A stretch of DNA of 64,000 nt from an uncultured Bacteroidales bacterium (GTDB taxonomy: Bacteria > Bacteroidota > Bacteroidia > Bacteroidales > VadinHA17): contig CAVVBY010000006.1 of NCBI GenBank assembly GCA_963746685.1, forward strand, positions 11,511 to 75,510, in the 5' to 3' direction. The notes beneath the pieces were generated by a model. It searched no databases. It was not told the DNA's origin and saw only the letters and a program-made list of their open reading frames with translations. This document shows, piece by piece, positions 34,224 through 45,339 of this stretch. The position numbers and the translations under genes are program-made. Every line of letters begins with the position of its first letter. The first letter of the stretch is position 1.

Positions 34224-34919
34224 TTATTTATTTCTTCCCTCTTTTCCTTCCTTCCCCTCTTTTCCTTCTTTCCCTTCTTTTCCCTCGACTGGAGCAGCAG
34301 CAGGAGCAGCACCTTCAGCACCTTCGCCTTCAGGTTTTACAGCACCTTCAACTCCTTCACCCTCCTCTTTCTGAACAACACGTGATGTGGCAACAGAAAG
34401 AACTGTGGTGATCTTTGGATCAATAAGTTCAATTTTTTCATAGGAGAGATCACCAACTTTGACAGAATGGTGAATCTTGACATCAGTTATATCGATCAGA
34501 AGGAATTCAGGTATATCATTTGCAAACCCTTTTACCTTAAGATGTCTTTTTTTGATCCTGAGTTTGCCTCCGGCTTTTACTCCGACTGAGTCACCGGTTA
34601 TTTTAATCGGAAGGCTTATAATAATGGGTTTGTCATCAAAAATCTCAATAAAATCAGCATGTGTAATTTTGTCAGTAACAGGATGAAACTGAACATCCTG
34701 AAGAACGACCTTGTAATCTTTGCCGTCGAGGTTCAGATTTACAATATGAGCATCGGGAGTATAGATGAGATTTTTAAAGCTGTTTTCATGAGCATGAAAA
34801 TGTATGTTTTGTTCTTTCCCATAAATCACGCAGGGTACATTACCTTCTTTCCTGGTCTTTTTTGAGCTTTTCTTTCCAAGCTCTGTTCTCAGCGAACCTT
34901 TGATCTCAAGTGTCTTCAT
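34224..34919 (-). CDS. rplY: 50S ribosomal protein L25/Ctc
   Basis: PCVIYG, QFHPVTD..HADF, GVKAGG; EGK repeats in tail. Confidence 0.96.
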   Translation of the reverse strand: MKTLEIKGSLRTELGKKSSKKTRKEGNVPCVIYGKEQNIHFHAHENSFKNLIYTPDAHIVNLNLDGKDYKVVLQDVQFHPVTDKITHADFIEIFDDKPIIISLPIKITGDSVGVKAGGKLRIKKRHLKVKGFANDIPEFLLIDITDVKIHHSVKVGDLSYEKIELIDPKITTVLSVATSRVVQKEEGEGVEGAVKPEGEGAEGAAPAAAPVEGKEGKEGKEGKEGKEGRNK

Positions 34920-34934
34920 CTGATATAAGTTATT

Positions 34935-34975
34935 GTGCTACTCAGAGTTATCCTTTAAACAACTCCCCATTACAC
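34935..34975 (-). promoter_or_regulatory. candidate L25 autoregulatory leader hairpin (5S loop E mimic)
   Basis: GUGU-AAUGG-GGAGUUGU...AUAACUCU-GAGUA-GCAC; promoter TATATTTG at 34998-35005 (-). Confidence 0.55.
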
Positions 34976-35016
34976 GTTAGACATAAAAAACGGAGTGCAA
35001 ATATATTACAAAGGAA

Positions 35017-35957
35017 TCAGAATACAAAATTTGTACTGATAGACTCGATTGAGATTGACAGCCTGAATAGTATTGGCAAAAATCTCAGCTATTGACAGGA
35101 CTTTGATTTTATCTGATTTATTTATGAAAGGAACAGAATCGGTTACGACGAGTTCGGTTATCGGAGACTCGTCTATTCTTTGAACTGCATTTCCTGAAAG
35201 GATTGGATGTGTCGCAAATGCCCTGATGCTTCTGGCTCCTTTTTCGTGCATCTTCTGTGCAGCAAGGACAAGGGTTCCGGCAGTGTCAACCATATCATCG
35301 ATGATTACCACATTTCGGTCTTCAACATCACCGAGGACTGACATTTCCTCAACGACATTCGGTTTTTTACGGAGCTTATAGCATAATACCATTTCGGACT
35401 GAAGATGTCTTGAATAGGCATTTGCCCTTTTTGAGCCACCCATATCGGGTGCTGAAACAGTAAGATTTTCGAGTTTCAGTTTTTCGATATAAGGAGCAAA
35501 AATTGCCGATCCAAAAAGATGGTCAACAGGGACATTAAAGAAACCCTGTATCTGATCGGCATGCAGATCCATCGTAATTATCCTGTCAACTCCTGCAGTG
35601 CCAAGCAGATCAGCTGATAATTTTGCCCCGATTGATACCCGTGGCCTGTCTTTCCTGTCCTGCCGGGCAAAACCATAATAAGGTATGACTGCAATTACTT
35701 TGTATGCTGAGGCTCTTTTTGCAGCATCAATCATCAGGAGGAGTTCGAACAGGTTATCAGCCGGAGGATTTGTTGATTGAATGATAAAAACCATATCGCC
35801 TCTGACGGATTCATTAAAACATGGTTGAAATTCACCATCGCTGAATTCAGTAACTGAACTTTTTCCAAGCTCAATTCCCAGTTCATCTGCAATTCTTTTG
35901 CGCCAGATGCATTGAAGCCCTGCAGGAAAAAATCTTCATGGGTGCTTTACCATACAT
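35017..35957 (-). CDS. prs: ribose-phosphate pyrophosphokinase (frameshifted)
   Basis: FSDGE, PYYGFARQDRK, DLHADQIQGFF, IDDMVDTAGT. Confidence 0.96.
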
Positions 35958-36026
35958 TATCCTGTGATTTTGCTGGTTTTGTATTAGAGAATTACTAGAC
36001 TACAAAATTATAAATTCCGGAAGATA

Positions 36027-36636
36027 TCAGACCGTGTTTGAAAAATTGTTGATAGTTTCTTCAATGAAATTCAGGATTTCTTCCCTGCCGGTTCTGTTTA
36101 CAGCTGATGCTAAAAAAGTTGCAGGGAGTGATTCCCATATTTTAAGCATCTCAATATCATAATTATGGATGGATTTCTCAAGAGTCAGCTGATGAGAGCT
36201 TATCGGTTTTTGTGAATACCCTGGCAAATGGTACCTGGTTATTGCCAAGGAACTCCATAAACAGCATGTCGGATTTCTGCGGTTTATGCCTGGAATCCAG
36301 GAGAACGAACAGGCAAACCAGGTTTTCTCTTTTCAGGATGTATTCCTCCACCGCTTTTATCCATTTTTCCCTCATCCTGACGGGTACCTTTGCAAACCCA
36401 TAGCCGGGAAGGTCTACAAGATACCAGCTCTCGTTTATTAGGAAGTGGTTAATCGTTCTGGTTTTTCCGGGATTACCTGATATTTTAGCAAGGTGCGAAT
36501 TACCGGTAAGCAGATTGATAAGAGAAGATTTTCCGACATTTGAACGACCGATAAATCCGAATTCAGGCTTCACAGGGTCGGGGCACTGCTTTAATGAAGC
36601 ACTGCTCCGTATATATGAAGCTGAATGGATTATCAT
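36027..36636 (-). CDS. engB: ribosome biogenesis GTPase YihA/EngB (frameshifted)
   Basis: GRSNVGKSS, PGKT, DLPGYG, TKTD. Confidence 0.95.
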
Positions 36637-36647
36637 AACGAATATCC

Positions 36648-37421
36648 TTATTTGAGATCCTTGTAGGGTAGATCTATCTTTTTGTACGACAGATATCTGT
36701 TTCCGAAATCAGTAAGAATAGCGCCAATAATACCAATATATTCCGTCTGAGGTGTCCCGGATTTTTTAAGATCCAGAAAGGTTTTTCCATTGACACTTGG
36801 TAATATTTTGCACTTGGCAGTATCAAATACACCATTTGTGAATTCACCCGCGGTAGAATATTAACCTTTCTGGTCTTTATCAGTCAGTTCCAGATTGATC
36901 CTGACTTTACCTGTTGTGCTATAATTATCATTTATGGTGAAGACAATCTCGGGATATCCCCTGATAAGCTTGCCATCCCTGGTATATTCCTCAAGTAGCG
37001 GGGTTCGTAATCCTTTGATAAAGTGTAGTTTTGCCTTTATGCGCCCATTCCTGTAATATTGTATCTGGGTTCCGTCAATCGTGTCATGTTTAAATGGTGT
37101 CGAACGGAAAACCTGCCCCTCCAGGTAATACTTTTTTACAGAATCCTCACGAAGCCCGTTCTCGTACCATAATGTCTGGTTCAGCTGCCCTCCCTGATAA
37201 TATGTCTTCATTTCACCCTGCATAACACCATTCTTAAAAGTAACTTCCTTTATAAGCAATTCATTGCTGTAGTATTTTGTAATCCCGGTATAACCTGTAT
37301 CAGGCACTGAAAGTGTATCTGCCACCTTATCCGATCCTTTTTTTGAAGATCCCTTTCCTGCGCATCCTGAAGCTAAAAGCAGAACGAGTAATATCAAAAT
37401 TAAACTGTTGACTTTTCTCAT
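36648..37421 (-). CDS. lipoprotein with MORN-variant repeats (frameshifted)
   Basis: Lipobox ASGC; repeated YY..G.L..E..Y.NG units. Confidence 0.75.
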
Positions 37422-37439
37422 TACAGAATTTTCTGATTT

Positions 37440-38435
37440 TTAATTAATTTCTTTATTATTGATATATATTTCAAGTACAGTTGCTTCCTGCTCCGGCACA
37501 AGCACCACATCGCTTATCATTGCCGGCAAAAGCACTGTTTCTCCTTTTGAGACTTTTTCTGATCCGGAATCCCAACGGATCACAAATCTGCCTTCAGTAC
37601 AAATGTACACAACAAAAGAGTCAATTAGATTATAGTCCCTGGCAATATGTTCATTAAACTGTATAATGTTTGTGTCAAAATACTTACAGCTTACAAGATT
37701 TTCAGGTTTGTTTTTCAGTAATTCCTTCTTTATTTTGCTCTTGCCGGTTTCGTTGAAGTCAATTGCATCCAAAGCCAGATCAGTGTGAAGTTCACGTGAT
37801 TTTCCGTTTTTATCTTTTCTTCCCCAGTCATAAATCCTGTAAGTTATATCGGATGTCTGCTGTATTTCAGCCAGTACGATACCTGCTCCGATAGCATGTA
37901 TTCTTCCGGCAGGAGTAAAAAAAGTATCGCCGGGATCAGCACTTTCAATATTCAGAAGGTCTCCTATGGTGTTGTTTTTAACTGCATTGATATAAGAATC
38001 ACGGGAAACCGGATTTGAGAAACCAGTGTAGATCTTTGCGTTTTTTTCACTTTTAAGAATATGCCACATTTCTGTTTTTCCGTAAGCATTATGCCGTTTT
38101 TTTGCCAGTTCGTCATCCGGATGAACCTGCACAGAAAGATCATCCCTGGCTTCGATAAGCTTTATGAGCAATGGAAACTCATTACCGAATTCTTCAAATA
38201 CTGATTCTCCGGTAATATCTCCCATATAGACTTCAATTATTTCCTCGATGTTATTGCCAGCCAGAAATCCATTACTTATCACTGAAAGATTATCAGAGAC
38301 AGCCGACAATTCCCAGCTTTCTCCAATATTTTTCAGATTACCGGGTTTTTTTCCATAATTATCGGCAAGCGAGCTGCCACCCCAGATCTTCTCTTTTAAA
38401 ATTGGTTCAAATTTTAACGGATATAATTCTGACAT
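37440..38435 (-). CDS. manA: type I phosphomannose isomerase
   Basis: IWGG, GESWE, FPLLIK, LSVQVHP, GKTEMW, EIQQTSD.TYR.YD. Confidence 0.93.
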   Translation of the reverse strand: MSELYPLKFEPILKEKIWGGSSLADNYGKKPGNLKNIGESWELSAVSDNLSVISNGFLAGNNIEEIIEVYMGDITGESVFEEFGNEFPLLIKLIEARDDLSVQVHPDDELAKKRHNAYGKTEMWHILKSEKNAKIYTGFSNPVSRDSYINAVKNNTIGDLLNIESADPGDTFFTPAGRIHAIGAGIVLAEIQQTSDITYRIYDWGRKDKNGKSRELHTDLALDAIDFNETGKSKIKKELLKNKPENLVSCKYFDTNIIQFNEHIARDYNLIDSFVVYICTEGRFVIRWDSGSEKVSKGETVLLPAMISDVVLVPEQEATVLEIYINNKEIN

Positions 38436-38505
38436 CAAGTATATAGTTAATTATTGAGTTAAATATTATTTTTGAGACCAATATGAGAGACAAAAATAGT
38501 AATAA

Positions 38506-39111
38506 ATGCTTATAGTCGGAATAGCAGGAGGCACAGGATCGGGAAAAACAACCGTTGTAAAGAAGGTAATGGAAAGGCTCCCAAACGAGGATGTCATTGT
38601 AATACCCCAGGATGCATATTATAAGGATAACGGGCAAATTCCACTTGAGGAGAGACAGAAAATAAATTTTGATCATCCTGATTCACTGGAATTCAGCCTG
38701 CTTATCGATCATCTTGAAAAGCTCAAAAAAGGCCAGAGTATTGAAATGCCTATTTATTCCTATCTGACCTGCCTCAGGTCGAAAGAGACTATAACAGTCA
38801 AGCCTGCAAGAGTAGTACTGGTTGAAGGAATAATGATCCTGGTCGACAGCGGTCTGAGAAACATGCTTGATATTAAGGTTTTTGTGGATGCTGATGCTGA
38901 CGACCGCCTGGGAAGGGTTATTCAGCGGGATATCGTTGAAAGGGGCCGTTCAGTACTTATGGTTCTGGACAGGTATCATGACACAGTAAAACCATCTCAT
39001 CTTCAGTTTATAGAACCTTCAAAGCGATATGCTGATATTATAATACCGGGTGGGGGTGAGAACCAGGTGGGAATTGAGGTTCTGATTTCAATAATTGAAA
39101 AACACTTATAA
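38506..39111 (+). CDS. udk: uridine kinase
   Basis: GIAGGTGSGKTT, NFDHP, RDIVERGR, FIEPSKRYAD. Confidence 0.96.
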   Translation: MLIVGIAGGTGSGKTTVVKKVMERLPNEDVIVIPQDAYYKDNGQIPLEERQKINFDHPDSLEFSLLIDHLEKLKKGQSIEMPIYSYLTCLRSKETITVKPARVVLVEGIMILVDSGLRNMLDIKVFVDADADDRLGRVIQRDIVERGRSVLMVLDRYHDTVKPSHLQFIEPSKRYADIIIPGGGENQVGIEVLISIIEKHL

Positions 39112-39127
39112 AGAAGAATCATAGAAT

Positions 39128-39850
39128 ATGTTAGCAAATATCAGACCTGAGGATATTTTATTCCTTGATATAGAAACTGTACCGGCGACTTCTTCATACA
39201 CGATGCTCGATCAGTCATTTCAGGCTCTTTGGGAAAAGAAATCAAGACAATTCAGAGATGAGGATCAGTCGGCGGAAGAGGTTTATGAAAGGGCAGGAAT
39301 ATATGCGGAATTCGGAAAGATAATCTGTATTTCAGTCGGACTTATTAAAGAGAAGATACCCTTTTCTTTCAGGATCAAATCTTTTTACGGAGATGATGAA
39401 AGGACAATTCTTTCAGAATTTTCTGCGATGCTCAATAAATTTTCAAAGAACAGTGAAGCATTGCTCTGTGCACATAACGGCAAAGAATTCGATTATCCTT
39501 ATATAGCCCGGAGAATGATAATTAACAGTATGATCATTCCTGATATACTTGATAATGCAGGAAAGAAACCCTGGGAAGTAAAACTGCTTGACACCCTTGA
39601 TTTGTGGAAATTCGGTGATTATAAAAGCTATACATCCCTTGATCTGCTGACATCCATACTTAAAATACCCTCTCCCAAAGATGATATTGACGGAAGCATG
39701 GTCGCCGGTATTTATCATAATGAACATGATATCAAGCGAATTGCAAAGTATTGTGAAAAAGATGTGCTGGCTGTTGCTCAGGTACTTTTAAGATTTATGA
39801 ACCTGCCAAAAATTGAAGAAGATAAAATAGAATCAGTCACCCAGTTCTGA
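39128..39850 (+). CDS. PolB-like 3'-5' exonuclease (DEDD)
   Basis: LDIET, HNGKEFD, LDT, YCEKDV. Confidence 0.88.
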   Translation: MLANIRPEDILFLDIETVPATSSYTMLDQSFQALWEKKSRQFRDEDQSAEEVYERAGIYAEFGKIICISVGLIKEKIPFSFRIKSFYGDDERTILSEFSAMLNKFSKNSEALLCAHNGKEFDYPYIARRMIINSMIIPDILDNAGKKPWEVKLLDTLDLWKFGDYKSYTSLDLLTSILKIPSPKDDIDGSMVAGIYHNEHDIKRIAKYCEKDVLAVAQVLLRFMNLPKIEEDKIESVTQF

Positions 39851-40655
39851 TCATTGGTTATCAAGGAATTTCAGAAGGCATTTTTTGAATGCTTCCGGAT
39901 TATCTGCATGAATCCAGTGCCCTGAGCGGGGGATAATAATAAATTCAGCAGCGGGAAAGAGTTTCCTGATTTTATTAAAATCACTTTCGGGAAGATATTC
40001 TGAATATTCGCCTTTAAGAAAATAAACAGGAAATCCTGTAATCTCCATCCTTTCTTATCGCCAGGTTCAATCCCTTCCATTATCCTGTCAAGATTTTTCA
40101 GAAGGGCAGAAGCATTTATTTTCCAGGAAAAAGAATTATCCGATTCCCTTTTTAGGTTTTTCATGATGAAATCCCCTTGTTTTTTCGGATTGGATCCCGG
40201 ATTTGAGAAGCGATTCAACTTCATCGCGGGATCTTATTCCCGAAAGATCCAGGGAAAGAATTGAATTCAATATTTCACAATGCTGTTTATAAGCAATTGA
40301 ATTATTGTCCTCTGAAACCATAGGAGAAATATCGGCAACAAGCAGTCCATAAAGTTTTTCAGGCCAGCTCAGAGCAAAGTTCACAGCTGTTTTGCCGCCC
40401 ATGCTATGGCCTGCAAGGAAAAATTTCTGAAGTCTCAGATCATTTACAAGGTCAAGAAGATCTTCTTTCATTGAATCATAGTCATGGACAGGACTATGCG
40501 GTGACTGACCATGATTTCTCTGATCGGGAAGGAAAACTGTGAATCTGTCGCTTATACTTTTTGCAATAGATACCCAGTTATCAGATGATCCGTATAGACC
40601 ATGAAGTATTATTAAGGGAGGTCCGGAACCGTATTTTCTGATAAAACAGTTTCAT
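39851..40655 (-). CDS. alpha/beta hydrolase, YbfF-like esterase (frameshifted)
   Basis: HGLYGS.DNW, RNHG.SP, GHSMGGK, GHWIHA. Confidence 0.88.
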
Positions 40656-40663
40656 GGGCAGTC

Positions 40664-41381
40664 TCAATCTGCCAGTTGTCTCTTGTACATCTGGATTGCA
40701 TTTTCAAGCCCGAGGTAAAGAGCGTCTGAGATCAGGGCATGCCCTATAGAGACCTCATCGATCCATGGTATATTCTGATGAAGATACCTTAGATTATCAA
40801 GATTCAGGTCGTGTCCTGCATTTATTCCCAGTCCTGCATCACGGGCAATCCTTGCCGCACTTACAAATGGTTCAATGGCTCCGGGTGCATTACTGCATAA
40901 AAAGAGAAGCATATGGTTCTGTATATAATTCAATTCTGTCGGTCCCGGTTAAAGGAGCATTTTCAATATTTGAAAGCTGAGTATCAATAAATACTGAAGT
41001 TCTGATTCCTTCTTTTTTGAAAGTTGAGATTACATCTGTAAGAAAAAGCCTGTATCTCAAAATATCCCAGCCGGCGCTCGATGTAATTGCATCATGCGCA
41101 TCAGGCACAAGAGTAACCTGATCAGGTTTCACTGAAACAACAAGATCTATGAAACTGTCGGATGGATAACCTTCAATATTGAATTCGGTAGTGATTATTG
41201 GCCTGATTTCCAAGACATCCTTGTATCTTATATGACGTTCATCAGGCCGCGGATGAACCGTTATTCCGTCGGCTCCGAAAAGTTCACAATTGATTGCTGC
41301 TGTTTTGACATTCGGGATATTTCCCCCTCTTGCATTCCGGAGCGTTGCAATCTTATTGATGTTAACACTAAGCTTTGTCAT
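40664..41381 (-). CDS. pdxJ: pyridoxine 5'-phosphate synthase (frameshifted)
   Basis: [38 protein letters not shown]. Confidence 0.95.
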
Positions 41382-41483
41382 AATAAAAAAGATGATTGTC
41401 CGTATTGTAATGTGATGCAAAAATACAACAACTGACTTTTTTTTTCTTATTTTAGATGAAATTTAAATAGGAGACTCCTTTTT

Positions 41484-42150
41484 ATGGTTGCAAAAGACTT
41501 GATTTCTGAAGTGGTTCCATCTCTGAAAACATCTGATTCAGGGCAGACAGCACTGAACTGGATGGAGATTTTCAGGATATCTCATCTGCCGATTGTGAAC
41601 AACCTTGATTTTCTCGGACTGATCTCAGATACCGATATTTATGATATGAATCAGCCTGAAGAACCAATTGGAAATCATACCCTTACATTACTAAAGCCTT
41701 TTGTGACAACTGAACAGCATCTTTTTGAGGTAATAGGACTCGCTTCACGGCTTAAAGCTGACTGTTGTCCCTGTACTTGATGAAAAATCCCATTATAAGG
41801 GAGTGATTACCACCACTGATCTGGTTCGTTATCTGGCCGGTATTTCTTCAATGGATCAGCCGGGCGGGATAATTGTGCTTGAGCTTATCGAAAGAGATTA
41901 TTCACTTTCGCAGATCGCTCAGATTGTTGAGGGTAATAATGTTAAGGTGTTGAGCATGTATGTTACATCTCCACCCGATTCAACAAGGCTTGAAGTGACA
42001 ATTAAAGTAAATACAAATGACCTGGTTTCGGTGATCAGGACCTTTGAACGGTATAATTATGATGTTAAAACCTGGGTTACATCAGATGATTCGATGGACA
42101 GGTTCTATTCAGAACGGTTCGATCTTCTTATGAAATACTTGAATATCTGA
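41484..42150 (+). CDS. CBS-domain protein (AcuB-like; frameshifted)
   Basis: ISHLPIV, DYSLSQIAQIVE, FERYNY. Confidence 0.85.
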
Positions 42151-42156
42151 CAGATT

Positions 42157-43037
42157 ATGCTGAAAACAGTTGCCATTTACAGCAAGGAAAACAAGCCAAA
42201 AACCACTGAAGGTGTTAACAGGCTGATCAGGGAATTCTGCAGAAGAGGCATTAAAATGTATATCTATCAGAAATCTGTTGGTATTTGTATCCTGCCCGGG
42301 AGGAGAACTGATTGAAAAATTCAGCGACCTGAAGACCTGAAGAGGCTTCCGGACCTCGTATTAAGTGTGGGTGGCGATGGCACTTTTCTTGAAACTATGC
42401 TTAAAGTCAGAGATTATGGAATTCCGATAGCCGGGGTCAATACGGGAAGAATGGGTTTCCTGGCAAATATTTCAGAGGATGAAATAGGCCATTCAATTGA
42501 TCTTTTATGTGAAGGGGAATATCAAATAATTGAAAGATCACTTATCGAAATAAGAGAATCCTGAAGGATTATTTGATAACGCAATCTTCAACAGCACTAA
42601 ATGAAGTAACTATTCAGAAAGCGGATCCCAGCATGATAACAATCAATGTTTATGTGGATGGTGCATATCTGAATACTTACTGGGCTGACGGATTGATTGT
42701 CTCAACGGCTACCGGATCAACAGCATATAATCTGAGTGTCGGAGGGCCGATTTTATCACCTGAGGATGAAAGTATTATAATTTCTCCCATATCTCCCCAT
42801 AATCTTACTATCCGTCCCATCATACTTTCAGGGGAGAGCAACCTCAGAATGATCGTGGAAGGCCGTACACAGGAGTATATTGCAACATGCGATTTCAGAT
42901 CAAAAAGACTGCCATTCAGTGAGGAAATAAGTATTTCACGATCTCCGGATAAACTTAAGACTGTAATGTTGAAGGGGATGGATTTTTACAGCACTCTGAG
43001 AAATAAGCTTATGTGGGGAGCCGACAGGAGAAACTAA
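42157..43037 (+). CDS. nadK: NAD kinase (frameshifted)
   Basis: GGDGTFL, NTGRMGFL, ALNE, DGLIVSTATGSTAY, KLMWG. Confidence 0.94.
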
Positions 43038-43111
43038 ATTAGTTGTTCTAAACGCATGCTGATTAATTTTAGATTATTATATTTGTATCTGCAAATTAAA
43101 TTCACACTGAA

Positions 43112-43869
43112 ATGAAACGATCACTTTTAGTCGTTATAATACTTTGTTTTGCAGTTCAGTTATCTGATGCCCAACTTTGGAAATTGAGACGCTGGGAAGC
43201 ACAATTTGGAATAGGTCCTTCATTTTCATTCCCTGATGTTGGAGGATATACAAGTGGTGAGAACTTTCTTGGATTCAAGGATTTAAGCTACAGACAAACA
43301 AGATTTGACATTAATGGCAGTCTGAGATATCGTCTCTCACGAACTTTAAATACCAGATTGAGCCTGACATATGCAATGCTTCATGCAACTGATGTACAGG
43401 GGATCGAATGAAGGCAGGGAATATGAATCAAGTAACAAACTTGTTTGAGCCGGCGCTGATGCTTGAATATTATTTTATCAAAAATAAATATGAAAGCAGT
43501 TACCTTTTTATGAAAGGCAAAGGCCTGTGGGCACTGCTCTCTTCTCTTGACTTCTATGCTTTTGCAGGAATTGGAGGAGCAGTCTTTCAGTGTCAACGGA
43601 AATGATGCCCTTGTTGAGGGAAGAGGGATGTAAGCAACCAGCGGGTTCTGCACCTGTTATTCCCGGAGGTATCGGAGCAACATTGATTTACAACTCCCAA
43701 CATTAATTTCGGTGTTGAATTTGGCGGGAGATATGCTTTTACGGATTATCTTGACGGTTATACCTCCAAATATTTCCCAACAAAGCCAATGACGTTTATT
43801 ATTTTTTAAACTTTACCGTTACTTATAAACTGAAAACAAGTGCCAAAGGATTGGCCCTCTTTCAGATGA
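43112..43869 (+). CDS. DUF6089-like outer-membrane beta-barrel protein (heavily frameshifted)
   Basis: Signal peptide; RY.FTDYLDG motif in 3' part; TATATTTG promoter at 43078-43085. Confidence 0.65.
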
Positions 43870-43890
43870 TAATAAGCTGGATCCGTTTGG

Positions 43891-44584
43891 ATGAAAAAAC
43901 TATCGGGGTTTCTTCTTTTAATTCTGTTATCATTATCAGTATCCGGTCAGCGAAGTGCTGATTATGGTATTTTTGGCGGTGTATCTTCATATCTGGGAGA
44001 TATAAATACTAATCGTTTATTTTATTCTCCACTCCCAGCAGGAGGAGTTATTCTACCGTTATAATCTGAATCCAAGACAATCAATTAGGAGCAAATATTT
44101 TTATCGGCGGTCTTCAGGGCAATGATCTTGATTTCAATAACAATTTCCAGCTAGACACGTGTTGCATCATTTTCAGGTACAGTTGCTGAATTGGCAGCTT
44201 CAGTTTGAGTTTAATTTTCTGCCATATTCAACCCAGGGTAAAAGATGGAATTATACTCCATATCTTGCAGCAGGTGCTGGGGATTGCTATTCATAAATAC
44301 AATTCTACCATAATAATAAATCTTACCAGCCAGTCATCCCTTTTTCGCTTGGTTTTAAGATAAATATCTATAAAAACCTCGGAATTGAAGCCGAATATGG
44401 TTTTCGTAAGACTTTTTATGATAACTTTGACGGCTTGGAAGATAAAGTTAATCCAGATCACAAAGCATGGCTCCACAACAACGACTGGTATTCATTTGCA
44501 GGTATTTCATTTACCTGGAAGATATACAACAAACTGGTAGGTTGTCCGGCTTTTAAAGATGTGGATGAATCAAGAAGACGCTGA
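43891..44584 (+). CDS. DUF6089/PorG-like outer-membrane protein (heavily frameshifted; missed by ORF track)
   Basis: GGVSSYLGDIN, RKTFYDNFDG, NNDWYSFAG; position immediately before uppS-bamA-skp. Confidence 0.7.
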
Positions 44585-44587
44585 ATT

Positions 44588-45335
44588 ATGTCCTTTTTAA
44601 AACAGATCAATACTGCCAAACTCCCGTCACATGTAGCGATAATTATGGATGGCAACGGAAGGTGGGCCAGGCAGAGAGGTATGGACAGGATATTCGGCCA
44701 CCAGCAGGGAGTAAAGGCAGTCAGGGAAATTATTGAGGCATGCCGCTGAATTAAAAATCAAATATCTTACCGTTTATGCTTTTTCAACTGAAAACTGGGG
44801 AAGACCTGACGAAGAGGTTTCCGCATTGATGGGCATTATGGTGCAATCGCTTAATAAGGAGACTGATACATTAATTAAGAACAATATCAGGCTGACTGCG
44901 ATCGGAGATACTGAAAGTCTGGCCGATGATGTCAGGGAAAGGCTGATGGAAACGATCAATATTACATCAGATGCCACGGGACTTAATCTTATAGTAGCAA
45001 TGAGCTACAGCTCGAGATGGGAGATAACTGAAGCTGCAAAGAAGCTCTCGGCTGAGATCGTCAGCGGATCGGTTGATCCGGGCTCTGTTAATGAATATAA
45101 TTTTGAAAAATACCTTACCACACATGGAGTTCCGGATCCTGAATTAATGATAAGGACAAGCGGGGAAATGCGGATCAGCAATTTTCTTTTATGGCAGCTC
45201 GCCTATACGGAATTGTACTTTACGGAAATACTTTGGCCCGATTTTGGTAAGGAGGAACTTTACAAAGCAATAATTGACTTCCAGAAGAGAGAAAGAAGAT
45301 TTGGAAAAACTAGTGAACAACTTTTGGACAAATGA
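44588..45335 (+). CDS. uppS: isoprenyl transferase (undecaprenyl diphosphate synthase; frameshifted)
   Basis: [41 protein letters not shown]. Confidence 0.96.
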
Positions 45336-45339
45336 TGAT

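Noticed and set aside
36648..37421. YwqK-type antitoxin / toxin-antitoxin module
   Set aside because: MORN-variant repeats are generic; the protein is a lipoprotein with no adjacent toxin
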